Source of the DNA: an uncultured delta proteobacterium
GTDB taxonomy: Bacteria; Desulfobacterota; Syntrophobacteria; Syntrophobacterales; Syntrophobacteraceae
Reading direction: 5' to 3'
Assembly (NCBI GenBank): GCA_963808625.1
Contig: CAWEHK010000052.1
Coordinates: forward strand, 1 to 64,000
DNA length: 64,000 nucleotides
Shown in pieces: positions 54,386 to 64,000 of this stretch; within the stretch, counting starts at the first letter, position 1; each line of letters begins with the position of its first letter. The notes under the pieces are model-generated. The model was not told the DNA's origin and searched no databases. It saw only the letters and a list, made by a program, of their open reading frames with translations. The translations under genes were made by a program, and so were the position numbers.

Positions 54386-55250
54386 CCATGACTACATGTA
54401 CCCGGGACATGTGGGGTGCCCCGGATGTGGGGCGGCCATTGCCATGCGCTTTGTCCTGAAGGCCCTGGAAGAAAAAACCGTGATGGTGATTCCGGCGTGC
54501 TGCTGGTCGATCATCGCCGGTCCTTACCCGCAATCAAGCCTGCAGATCCCGGTCATCCACACCGCTTTTGAGACCGGCGGGGCGGTGGCAAGCGGCGTGA
54601 GGGCCGCCCTGGATATGAAAGGAGACACGGAAACCACGGTCGTCACCTGGGCCGGCGATGGCGGGACCTTCGATATCGGCTTTCAGGCCCTCAGCGGTGC
54701 GGTCGAACGCAATGAAGATTTCATGTACGTCTGTTACGACAACGAAGCCTACATGAACACGGGGGTGCAGCGCAGCTCGTCGACGCCCTATGGCGCCTGG
54801 ACGACCACCACGCCGAACCGGGAATGGAAGCGGATGCGCAAGAAGAACATCGTCGAAGCCCTCGTCGCGCATCGCATTCCCTATGCGGCAACGGCCAGCA
54901 TCGCCTATCCCGAGGACCTCGTGCGCAAGGTCAAAAAAGCAAAGGCCATGAAAGGCTCCCGGTTCCTTCACATCTATGCGAGCTGTCCGACGGGCTGGCG
55001 TATGCCCTCCGAAATGGCGATCAAAATCGCGCGCATGGCGGTCCAGACCAACATCTTTCCGCTCTATGAAGTCGAGGACGGCCTGCACTACACCCTCAAC
55101 TTCACCCCCAAAGGCTACCTGGTTAAGGAGTACTTCCACCTCCAGGGCCGCTTCAAGCATTTGACCGAAGGCGATCTCGACCAGATCCAGCAGATGGTCG
55201 ACGAAGACTGGGGGCTATTGCAGAGGAAGGCGGGGATTTTCGCGGTTTAG
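54366..55250 (+). CDS. 2-oxoacid:acceptor oxidoreductase beta subunit (TPP-binding)
   Basis: GH.GCPGCG, AGDGGTFDIG, DNEAYMNTG.Q.S, CPTGW. Confidence 0.93.
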   Translation: MKLEIVDHDYMYPGHVGCPGCGAAIAMRFVLKALEEKTVMVIPACCWSIIAGPYPQSSLQIPVIHTAFETGGAVASGVRAALDMKGDTETTVVTWAGDGGTFDIGFQALSGAVERNEDFMYVCYDNEAYMNTGVQRSSSTPYGAWTTTTPNREWKRMRKKNIVEALVAHRIPYAATASIAYPEDLVRKVKKAKAMKGSRFLHIYASCPTGWRMPSEMAIKIARMAVQTNIFPLYEVEDGLHYTLNFTPKGYLVKEYFHLQGRFKHLTEGDLDQIQQMVDEDWGLLQRKAGIFAV

Positions 55251-55378
55251 GTGAAAGCCTATCCACGAAGACACACGAAGAAAGAGCATGAAAACACACG
55301 AATAAGGTCCGTTGGCGGAAGACGCGCGAATAAATGACGTAACTGGTCCGGCCCATTAAGCGGCACCCATCTTTATCA

Positions 55379-57587
55379 ATGGAACACCTCGACGGGCCGC
55401 AGGGCAGCAATTTCTGGGGCATTCCGACCGAAGTGCAGGATGTCAATTCCGTTGAGCGCCATCGCCAGTTTCGACTCAAATGGCGGTGGGAGCGCCCCAG
55501 GTCGAACGCTACTACTTCACTTACGGTCGTCGTTTGGGAGCCAATAAACACTTCGCAGCAGGAAGCGCTAACACCCGGCTTGCGTTTTGCCGTTTGGGCG
55601 CCCAACGCGCGAAGCGTGGAAGTGGTCTTCGGAAATCCGGCCAGCGGCTACATTGCCAATGACGGCGCCGGGATTGACCCGGCGCAGCCCGTGGTTGCTC
55701 TTTCCCGCCTCGGCTGACGGCATTTGGGAAGGCGGGCCGCAGGGGGATTTTGAAACTTTCAAAAGCCTGCCTTACATGTATCGCATCGTGAACACGCAAG
55801 GGCAGACCGGTCTATCGCACCGATATTTTCTCCCGCAGCCAGATCGGCAAAGGCGACATCAATCCTGCTAAGACGCCTGGCCGGGAACGGTGGACACCTT
55901 GGACGGCACCGTAGAGTTGCAGCGTGGTAATTGATCCCGATGTGGTGCGCCGCGATTTCGAATCCACGCCTCCCGGAGAAGAGCCGGATCTCATTCCGGC
56001 TGAGGAATTCTGGGCAACGGAATTCACTTCCGGTCTGCCGGTGCCCACCCGCCTCGAAGACCTCGTCATTTACGAGTTGCACGTCGGTTCATTGGGATTT
56101 GGCAAAGCCGGGCCCGGCGATTTGAGTGATGCGCTGCAATTCCTGGATCACCTCGTTGACTCGGTGTGAACGCCGTCGAACTGCTGCCCATGGCGGAGTT
56201 TTCGGGACAATGTCGGGTGGGGCTATGGCGACAGCCACCATTTCTGTATCGAATCCAGTGCCGGGGGACGCGACAAATACCGCCATTTCGTGCGGGAGTG
56301 CCATCGGCGAGGCATCGCGGTCATCCAGGACGTGGTCTACAATCACTACGATCCTGAGGCGGAGCGCGCCCAGTGGCAATACGACTCGACCGCTCCCGAA
56401 GAGAATATCTATTACTGGTATGAGGGGCGCTCTTCCGATTACTCGTTCTCCGGAAGGCGGCTATCTCGACAATGGCTCTACCGGCTACACGCCGCGGTTC
56501 TGGGAAGAGATCGTGCGCCAGCAGTTCATCAGCAGCGCCGCCTTCCTCATCGAGGAAATGCACGTGGATGGGCTGCGCGTGGACCTGACGCAGGCGATTC
56601 ACCGCGATAACGCGCTCCACGCAGATCGGACGTTCGATCGGCAGCCGCCAACATCTTCGGGCAGAAATTGCTGCGGGAGTGGAGCCGTACGCTGCACATG
56701 ATCCGGCCCACGGTCATGCTGATCGCGGAGGACCACACCGGATGGGACGCCGTGACCAAACCGCCGGCTCAAGGTGGGTTGGGCTTCAATGCCACATGGG
56801 AGGTGGCATTCTACCACAATTTGATCGGCGACTCCGACATGGCAGGAGACAAAGCGCGTCTATTGAAGCAAGCGGGATTCGGCGGGAATGAACCGCTCCC
56901 GATGGACGGGTTTGCTGGCGCCCTCTACGGCAGTCAATACGACCAGGTTGTCTTCCACGAATCTCACGACGAAGCCGGCAATGCCGGTGGCACGGCGCGG
57001 ACGATCGTGACAGCCGTCAATGATGCGCCCCTCGTTGGGCGCCACGCGCATCGTGGGCGGAGGCACGCTCTCGCGTGTGCTTCGGCCTGTCCTTGCTCTC
57101 GGCGGGCACGCCCATGTTCTTCATGGGTGAAGAGATCGGAGCGCAGAAGCGTTATACGTTCGACAACTTCCTGGCAAACCGCGAAGACATTCTCGGCGAG
57201 CGGGCCGGGAACGGCAAGGTGCTCTTTCGCTTTTACCAGGATCTCATCACGTCTCAGCCGCCGACTTGCGCTCGATCCGCAGCCACAACATCGACATCCT
57301 CCACCAGTCGAACCCCAATCGCGTCATTGCCTTCAAGCGGTGGAACGGAGACGAGGAAGTCATTATCGTCGCGAGTCTCAACAACACCTCTTTCGCTAAT
57401 GGCTACGTGATTGAGAAGGATTTGCTGGCTATTCCCAACGCCGGGTGGAAGGAGATCTTCAACAGCGATGCTGCCATCTATGGTGGCCAGAATATGGGTA
57501 ATCGGCGGTGCCATTATCCCCTCCAACCAGGGCCGTCTCAACGTGGTGATCCCCGCCAATGGTTTTGTGGTGTTCGTGAAGCAATGA
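55379..57587 (+). CDS. GH13 (GlgB/TreZ-like) alpha-glucan enzyme; heavily frameshifted, possibly 5'-truncated
   Basis: FAVWAPNA (CBM48), IYELHVGS, VELLP..EF..WGY, DVVYNH, DGLRVD, IAED, SHDE, PMFFMGEE, W.EIFNSD. Confidence 0.8.
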
Positions 57588-57729
57588 CGTCGAAAAGCGG
57601 AGAAAACCGGGCCGCGTGGCACTGACAATGGTTTAGGGGCCAGCCCCCGACAAAGAACATGAAAGAAAAGGGGATTGAAGGCTTTGCAACTCTCCTGCAT
57701 GCCTCTCAGGAGGCAGAAGGACCTCGAGG

Positions 57730-58172
57730 ATGAAGTATTCCGAAGCTAAACCGGGGCGCATCTTCATTTTACGCTTGGAGGATGGGGATATCCTGCATGA
57801 GGCCGTCGAAAGGTTTGCCTCTGCTCATGGGATACAGGCAGCGGCACTGATCGTTCTGGGCGGAGCGGATGAGGGCAGCAAACTGGTTGTGGGGCCGGAG
57901 CAAAGTCGCAGCCAACCCATCATTCCAATGGAACATGTGTTCACCGGCGTTCACGAGGTAACGGGTGTGGGCACGCTCTTTCCCAATGCCAGTGGGCAGC
58001 CGGTCCTGCACATGCATGTCGCCGGCGGACGCAAAGAAAAACGGTCACCGGCTGTGTTCGCCGGGGGGTGAAGGTCTGGCACGTGATGGAAGTAGTGCTC
58101 TGGGAACTGACCGAAACACTGCGCAACGTCTGCCCGACCCCGTGACGGGCTCTGGAGTTCTTGCAGCCATGA
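57730..58172 (+). CDS. PPC/DUF296 domain protein (frameshifted 3' half)
   Basis: RIFILRLEDGD, E..G.GTLF, LHMH. Confidence 0.85.
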
Positions 58173-58429
58173 AGGCTTGAGAAGCGCGACCTCCTCCTGA
58201 AACGGTTTCTCGTGATCTGTCACCAAAAAGCCACCCGAAAACTCCGGCTTTGAGGAATGACCGTGAAAAGTGGGAATCAACTCCTGGGAAATTGGCCAGA
58301 ATTGACCATCCCTTCAAAGGAAGTTTGACGGAGAGATTTTGGTCGAATACATTAACACGTAATTACCTAGTATGCAACCATATGGAAAACTTAAGAGATA
58401 GAACTAAGGAGAGGACAAAGGAAAAAGCT

Positions 58430-58699
58430 ATGCCACTGGTCGGAGTGATTCGCCATGGTCAAATCACCATCCCGAAAGAAGTCCGGGCCGGGCTGGGAAT
58501 ATGCGGAGGGAGACTGCTGGAAGTTAAGTTCAGAAGAAGACGGAAATGCCGATCAAGCCAAGGTGGCAATCGAAGGATCTCGCGCAAGAAAAGATTTTGC
58601 GTCTATCAAGAAGCTCCAGTCAAGGGTAGGATGTTGATCCGGCCGAACTGGATGCGGCGATCGAGGCAAGCGATGCGGCCGCCAGGAAAGAGGATCTGA
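58430..58699 (+). CDS. AbrB/MazE-family antitoxin (frameshifted or degraded)
   Basis: HGQITIPKEVR..LGI..G..L. Confidence 0.75.
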   Translation: MPLVGVIRHGQITIPKEVRAGLGICGGRLLEVKFRRRRKCRSSQGGNRRISRKKRFCVYQEAPVKGRMLIRPNWMRRSRQAMRPPGKRI

Positions 58700-58727
58700 A
58701 AAAGATGCCGGCCAGCGCCAGCCACTC

Positions 58728-59173
58728 ATGAAAGTTGTCCTTGATGCCAATCAATATGTGAGCGCCGTCCTGAAGCCTGAGTCAAAACCGGCCAAGTGGT
58801 TCACCTGGCGCTGAAAAAGAAAGTGACGATTCTGGCCTCCGAACCAATCCTTGAAGAAATTGAACGGGTTCTTTCTTATCCAAAGTTACAAAAGGTCCAT
58901 GACTTCGCCCCGGAAGAAATCAGCCAATACGTTCATGACATCCGAGAAGCTGCTGTGATTACTCCTGCCAAGCTGAAACTGCAGGCAGTGAAAAAGGATC
59001 CAGCAGACGACAAATATCTTGTCTGCGCCGTCGAAGGCAAAGCGGATTACATTGTGTCAGGGGATCAGCACCTGAAAGATCTTGAAGAATATCGGGGAAT
59101 CCCGATAGTGGATCCGGCCAAATTTTTATGGCTACTTTCTCGGAGTGATCGAGGTGCATCGGGTTTGGAGTGA
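58728..59173 (+). CDS. PIN-domain putative toxin (frameshift ~58795)
   Basis: MKVVLDAN...SA, IL.EI.RVL.YPK, DP.DDK.L.CA..G.ADYIVSGD.HL. Confidence 0.88.
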
Positions 59174-59304
59174 TCGATGAGCGACAGCAGGAAGATTCTT
59201 GAGGCAAGTCGGCGGAGAAGAAACTGGTAACCGAGGTTTTTCCCCAATGGCCGTTATACACCTTGGTATCAATCGAGGGTCTTTGTGCGTCAGCAGCTTT
59301 CGGG

Positions 59305-60678
59305 TCAATTGCCAAAGCTTTGCACCGGGGCCGGGATGCGGCCGCCGAGGCGAATGAAGGCGTCGGCTCCGCCTTGGGTGGAAACGGGGATAATCGTGGC
59401 CTCGCCGAGGAGGCCGCCAAAGAAGGCTTTGTCTCCTGCCTTCTTGCCCGGGACCGGAATGAGCCGAGCGGCGGTGGCTTTGCCGTTGATCATCCCGATG
59501 GCCATCTCATCGGCGATGATGGCGGCCAGGGTTTCGGCGGAGGTCTCGCCAGGGAGCACGACCATATCCAGGCCGACCGAACAGACGCTCGTCAGGGCTT
59601 CCAGTTTTTCCAGCGACAGATACCCCTTGCGGGCTGCTTCCCCGATGTTGAGGTCTTCGCTCACGGGAATGAAGGCCCCGCTCAAGCCGCCGACGTAGGA
59701 ACTGGCGAAGATCCCGCCCTTCTTGACGGCATCATTGAGGAGCGCCAGCACGGCGGTGGACCCGGGAACGCCAATGGCTTTCAAGCCCAGACTCTGAAAG
59801 ATCTCGCCGACACTGTCGCCAACATTGGGGGTCGGCGCCAGGGAAAGATCGACCACGCCAAAAGGGACGCCGAGTTTCCCGGCCACCTGCCGGCCAATGA
59901 GTTCGCCAACCCGCGTGACTTTGAAGGCCGTGCGTTTGATGATCTCGGAGAGCTGCCCCAGGTCGGCGTCGGGATTCGCCCGGCGAGCGCGGTCGATGGC
60001 TTTTTTCACCACCCCCGGGCCGCTGACGCCCACATTGATGACGGCATCAGGTTCGCCCACGCCGAGATAAGCCCCGGCCATGAACGGAATGTCCGGCGGG
60101 ATATTGGCAAAGATACAGAGCTTGGTGCAGGCAAGACCGTCCGCCGCGGCGGTGAGCTCCGCCGCGCGCTTGATCGTTTTGCCCATGAGATAGACGGCGT
60201 CCATGTTGATGCCGGCATTGGTCGAGGCAACATTGACCGAGGAGCAGACCCGCTCGGTTGCGGCAAGGGCTTCCGGAATGGCTTCGATCAGGGCCCGATC
60301 GCCCCCGGTCATGCCCTTTTCGACCAGGGCCCCGAACCCGCCGATGAAGTCCACGCCCGTTGTCTTCGCCGCCTCATCCATGGCAGTGGCGACGGCGACC
60401 ATCTGGGGAGCGGAAAAAGCGCAGGCCGCCACGGCGATGGGGCTTACGGCGATGCGCTTGTTCACGACCGGGATGCCGTATTGGAGGCCGACTTCGTCGC
60501 ACACCCTGACCAGGTCCTGAGCCGTGCGGCAGATCTTGTCGCGGATGCGCTGATTAAAGCGATGGTGATCCTGACCCGCGCAGTCCAAGAGGCTGATTCC
60601 GAGGGTAACGGTGCGCACATCCAGGTGTTCATTCTTAAGCATTTCGAGCGTCGAGAGGATCTCGCGGTCGGTCGGCAT
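59305..60678 (-). CDS. UPF0210 / DUF711 (PFL-like) protein
   Basis: LDVRTVTLGISL, NKRIAVSPI, PFMAGA, DLSLAPTP, VGGLSGAFIPVSED, VCSVGLDM. Confidence 0.93.
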   Translation of the reverse strand: MPTDREILSTLEMLKNEHLDVRTVTLGISLLDCAGQDHHRFNQRIRDKICRTAQDLVRVCDEVGLQYGIPVVNKRIAVSPIAVAACAFSAPQMVAVATAMDEAAKTTGVDFIGGFGALVEKGMTGGDRALIEAIPEALAATERVCSSVNVASTNAGINMDAVYLMGKTIKRAAELTAAADGLACTKLCIFANIPPDIPFMAGAYLGVGEPDAVINVGVSGPGVVKKAIDRARRANPDADLGQLSEIIKRTAFKVTRVGELIGRQVAGKLGVPFGVVDLSLAPTPNVGDSVGEIFQSLGLKAIGVPGSTAVLALLNDAVKKGGIFASSYVGGLSGAFIPVSEDLNIGEAARKGYLSLEKLEALTSVCSVGLDMVVLPGETSAETLAAIIADEMAIGMINGKATAARLIPVPGKKAGDKAFFGGLLGEATIIPVSTQGGADAFIRLGGRIPAPVQSFGN

Positions 60679-60686
60679 CGTTCCAC

Positions 60687-61238
60687 CTAAACCCGGTGAA
60701 TGGTTTCGAAAATGTCCCGGTGCTGGAGACTTATATCCAGCCCCAAATCCTCCGCACGCTGGTAGAGTGCGGCCCGGAACGCGCTGCGATCGATGGCGGC
60801 CGGGATGTCCACCTCGTAGATCATGACATTGCGCAGCGGATCGTTGCCGCCCCTGAAGATCGCCCTGAGGTCGGTAATGTTAATCCCGAAGCCCGCCAGG
60901 ACCTCGGTAATGCCGGCAACGAGGCCAAGACGATCGGGACCGAGCGTCGTAATGACAAAGGGTTCACTGGGCGGCGCTTGCCATTCGCCGCTTTCCTGCA
61001 ACGGTTTCACCAGCACGGAAAGTCCCATGGGAATAAGCCGTTCCTCGAGCCTGGCCAGCAAATCTTTCTCGCCGAGCTGCTCCGGTTTGGTGGCAATAAA
61101 AATGCCTACGAATTCGGTTTGCAGGGTGGTTTGGCTTACGTCCTCGATGTTGCACCGGCTTTCGAAGAGGGCTTTGGCTACCGCGGCGATGATCCCCGGC
61201 CGATCACACCCCAGCACTGAAATCACCATCTTTTTCAT
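60687..61238 (-). CDS. Tandem ACT-domain protein (GcvR-like)
   Basis: VISVLG.DRPGI, NIEDVSQT, GPDRLGLV, QH.DIF...HR. Confidence 0.88.
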   Translation of the reverse strand: MKKMVISVLGCDRPGIIAAVAKALFESRCNIEDVSQTTLQTEFVGIFIATKPEQLGEKDLLARLEERLIPMGLSVLVKPLQESGEWQAPPSEPFVITTLGPDRLGLVAGITEVLAGFGINITDLRAIFRGGNDPLRNVMIYEVDIPAAIDRSAFRAALYQRAEDLGLDISLQHRDIFETIHRV

Positions 61239-61241
61239 CGA

Positions 61242-61904
61242 TCATTCAGCCCCTGTCGCTTCGGGGAGGTGAGTAAGGTGAAATCCGGCCTCCCTCAAAA
61301 AGTCTTCCACGCCAAATCCGGCCTTGCGGTGTTTGTAATAGCTGATGGTCACATGGGCAAGTTCTTTGTACTGGTGTTCGCGGCTTGCCAGAAGCTTCGG
61401 GTAGCAGCGAGCGAGAGCCTGTTCATTGCTTTCATCGGGCCTTTTCGAGAACAGCTCGCGCCACAATACCGGCCGGGGTTTCTTCATGTAGGTTTCCAGT
61501 TTCATCTTCTGAATTTCCAGCGGGGTCGAAAGATGCACGACGATTGTGCATTCCCGAAGCCTCGATAACATCCTCTCACCCGTGTAGATGACGCTGCCCG
61601 TAGTGTCAACAACGATGGCTTTGTCCGGATTATCGGCAACTTTCTCCAACTTCTCGAGGATCTTGGCCATGACTTCCATTTCACAGCTCAGGTAGGCGGC
61701 TTCGCGTTCTTTATAGTGGGGCTCGAAAGGAAACCCCATCCACCTGCCGACGACGTCAATGCTGCTGCCCCCTGGCCCCAGTTCGTCACCCAGCCGTGCC
61801 GCAATCAACTCGTCACAGCAGAAACGACGAAAGCCGGCCCGGGAGAGCTTCCCCGACCAAAATGACTTGCCTGAGCCCGACATGCCCACTAATGAGAGGC
61901 GCAT
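61242..61904 (-). CDS. Shikimate-kinase-like P-loop protein
   Basis: LVGMSGSGKS, VDTTGSVIY, R...Y..LA. Confidence 0.75.
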   Translation of the reverse strand: MRLSLVGMSGSGKSFWSGKLSRAGFRRFCCDELIAARLGDELGPGGSSIDVVGRWMGFPFEPHYKEREAAYLSCEMEVMAKILEKLEKVADNPDKAIVVDTTGSVIYTGERMLSRLRECTIVVHLSTPLEIQKMKLETYMKKPRPVLWRELFSKRPDESNEQALARCYPKLLASREHQYKELAHVTISYYKHRKAGFGVEDFLREAGFHLTHLPEATGAE

Positions 61905-61968
61905 GGTCCTTCCACATGGATGGGTATCAAAGGAAAAAAGCCTTGCGGCGACAGCGCCCGGGAAAGTT

Positions 61969-62574
61969 TCACTTACTAAACACTCGCCTGATAGCGCTCC
62001 ACACCTTTTTAATGCCCTGCCATATCTTGGGAAGCAGCCAGATTGCGAGCAGAATAAACGCCGTCAGGAGCACCAGAAAAAGCCATGGGTGGTGCAGAGC
62101 AGCCCAAATCCCCCCGATGACCATCACGTCTTCCGTGATGGATGCCGTCCAGTTGGTAAAGGGTTCCGGCGAGGTATTGATGAGGACCCTGGTGCCGGCC
62201 TTGGTGGCATGGGACAGGGCTGCCATGCCGCCGCCAAGCAGAGCCGCAGCAACTGCGAGAGCGGGATTGACGGGGCCGACCGCGCCTGCGGCCAGGAGCG
62301 CCCCGGCGGGGATGCGGATAAAGGTGTGAATCGTATCCCAGCCCGTATCCACGCCTGGCACCTTGTCGGCAAAAAACTCCACGAGATACATAATGATTGC
62401 CGCTACGATGACGAGCGGACTGGTCAGGACCTGGAGCTCAGGAGGAAGGACGACGTTGCCGGAAGCGCCGAGGATGCCGAGCATGAGGATGGCGGCATAG
62501 AGGTTGAGCCCGCTGGCCCAACCTACGCCCATCATCAGGGCGATGGTCCTGGTGATCTGATCGAGTTGCTCCAT
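61969..62574 (-). CDS. DUF4126 membrane protein
   Basis: WASGLNLYA, EFFADKVPGVD..WD..HTFIRIPAG, NTSPEPF.N...S..ED. Confidence 0.9.
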   Translation of the reverse strand: MEQLDQITRTIALMMGVGWASGLNLYAAILMLGILGASGNVVLPPELQVLTSPLVIVAAIIMYLVEFFADKVPGVDTGWDTIHTFIRIPAGALLAAGAVGPVNPALAVAAALLGGGMAALSHATKAGTRVLINTSPEPFTNWTASITEDVMVIGGIWAALHHPWLFLVLLTAFILLAIWLLPKIWQGIKKVWSAIRRVFSK

Positions 62575-63104
62575 GGTGTTTCGAGACTCCTTCTGAGGAA
62601 ACAGTGGTCAGTGACCAGTGGTCAGTGGCCGGTGATCAGTGGTCAGTGATCAGCGATCAACGGTTCAGCTGGGTGAGTGGCAGGAATATCAGATCCTGCC
62701 GATCTTTTGGTCTTGTGTTCAGGCGTTGGTGTACCGTCCCGGGAATTACCGTTAGCGCACGGCGTCTTACGCAAGCCCTTCAGAATATATCATGTTGTTT
62801 GCTAAGATTGTATGAGAAGTTGAAGGGATCGGGTGAAGCTCCGATAGCCGGATCAAAACCGCCCCGCCCTGCCCCTTCCCTTTGCTTTATCGGCGGAGTT
62901 CAGTTATAAGGGAGCCGAGAAGACACATCCCCTCTCCTGGTTCAGCTTCGTCGCGTCTTTCCTCCCTGCTGCCACTGATTGATCAAGAACGCGTTCAGGG
63001 ACCTTCTGAGCCTCTTGCGCTGCTTGTCGATTTCGTGGAATGGTCGAAAATCCGAGTTCATGGGGGTGCGTGGTCCCCAGGCCTTGAAAGGAGTTGCTCC
63101 CGTC

Positions 63105-63757
63105 GTGATTGAAGTCCCTGCTCTCTTTGCCGGTTCCTTCATGCTGGCGCTCTCGGGTGCGGTCGTCCCCGGCCCATTGTTTACCTTCACCATCTCGGAA
63201 TCAGCCCGGCGCGGCTTTCGGGCCGGACCGCTGCTCATTACCGGTCATGCGCTCCTGGAGCTTCTCCTGGTAATCGTCGTGATTCAGGGCCTGGGGGCGT
63301 ATCTGAAAATGCCGCTGGTGACCGGCATCATTGCCTTGCTCGGGGGATTGATCCTGATCTTATTCGGTATCGATATGGTCCGGACGGCTGGTAAGATGTC
63401 GCTCGTAATGAAGGTTGAGGGAACCCCCGGGCCGGCTGCCCCCATCCGATTCTGATGGGAATGATCACCAGTCTGGTCAATCCTTATTGGATTCTCTGGT
63501 GGGCGACAGTTGGGCTGGGTTACCTGGTCGCCGCAATGAAGTTTGGCGCCCTGGGGGTCGCGGTCTTCTTTCTGGGACATATTGCCGGCGATTATGCCTG
63601 GTATAGCCTGGTGTCTCTTGGTGTGAGCAAGGGCCGGAGTTACCTGAAAGATAGCGGATATCGCGTTCTCATCAGGGTTTGTGGAGTTTTTCTGTGCAGT
63701 TTTGGGGCGTGGTTTTTGTTTTCTGCAAGGACCCATTTGATGGATACATCCTTTTGA
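63105..63757 (+). CDS. LysE-family translocator (frameshift ~63450)
   Basis: LSGAVVPGPL, GH..LE, S..NPYW..WW..G; AAGGAG SD before GTG. Confidence 0.88.
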
Positions 63758-63803
63758 GAGGGTGAGACCGATGGCACTTGAGAAGGGGGAGAGGGCTCCA
63801 TCC

Positions 63804-64000
63804 ATGGATGAGAAGATACGGCAGGCCATGTTCCGGCAGGTTGCAAAGGAGCCTTTTGCGCAAAAATTCGGTCTAAGGCTTATGGCTCTTGGAGAAGGGT
63901 ATTCACTGGTCGAAATGATCGTCACCCAGGACATGGAAAACATGTTTGGGATCGCTCATGGCGGCGCCCTGTTCGCCCTCATTGACGAAGCTTTTGAAAC
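63804..64000 (+). CDS. PaaI-family hotdog thioesterase (runs off the window)
   Basis: EPFA...G, N.FGIAHGGALFALIDEAF. Confidence 0.88.
   Translation, partial: MDEKIRQAMFRQVAKEPFAQKFGLRLMALGEGYSLVEMIVTQDMENMFGIAHGGALFALIDEAFE

Noticed and set aside
59263..60690. Long antisense ORFs (here, and at 1002-2294, 5140-6393, 8131-9423, 36013-37140)
   Set aside because: They are shadow frames of GC-rich genes with clear motifs on the opposite strand.
6460..63757. Widespread frameshifts read as pseudogenisation or programmed frameshifting
   Set aside because: Indels hit many unrelated, otherwise well-conserved genes, often at homopolymers, without accumulated stop codons. Long-read consensus error is the simplest explanation.

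Overview
A 64 kb chromosomal segment from an anaerobic Desulfobacterota-like (probably Syntrophobacterales-like) bacterium. The taxonomy is inferred from gene content, not measured. Single-base indels break many otherwise conserved genes, which points to an error-prone long-read consensus rather than mass pseudogenisation. Content from left to right: (1) the 3' part of a WD40-Roc/COR-TIR/SEFIR receptor gene with near-identical repeats that vary only at set positions; (2) ogt and a tandem-GAF gene; (3) a complete hdrCBA-flxDCBA cluster with rubrerythrin; (4) tRNA-Glu, a methionine gamma-lyase-like gene and an aldehyde:ferredoxin oxidoreductase; (5) an accessory stretch with C25-like and thioester-domain-like secreted proteins, aqpZ, an OmpA/vWA protein and two-component remnants; (6) a paaK-ACT-liv-type ABC-paaK2 operon; (7) housekeeping genes and a 2-oxoacid oxidoreductase with a GltD-like flavoprotein subunit; (8) a GH13 gene, an AbrB/PIN toxin-antitoxin pair and further genes. 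Two signals are not shown by the ORF track. The first is a Phe/Tyr-rich leader-peptide attenuator upstream of paaK, with two tandem terminators whose arms can cross-pair as a cascade. The second is a 141-codon ORF with an in-frame UGA followed by a SECIS-like hairpin, a candidate new selenoprotein. Both rest on manual translation and base-pairing and are untested.
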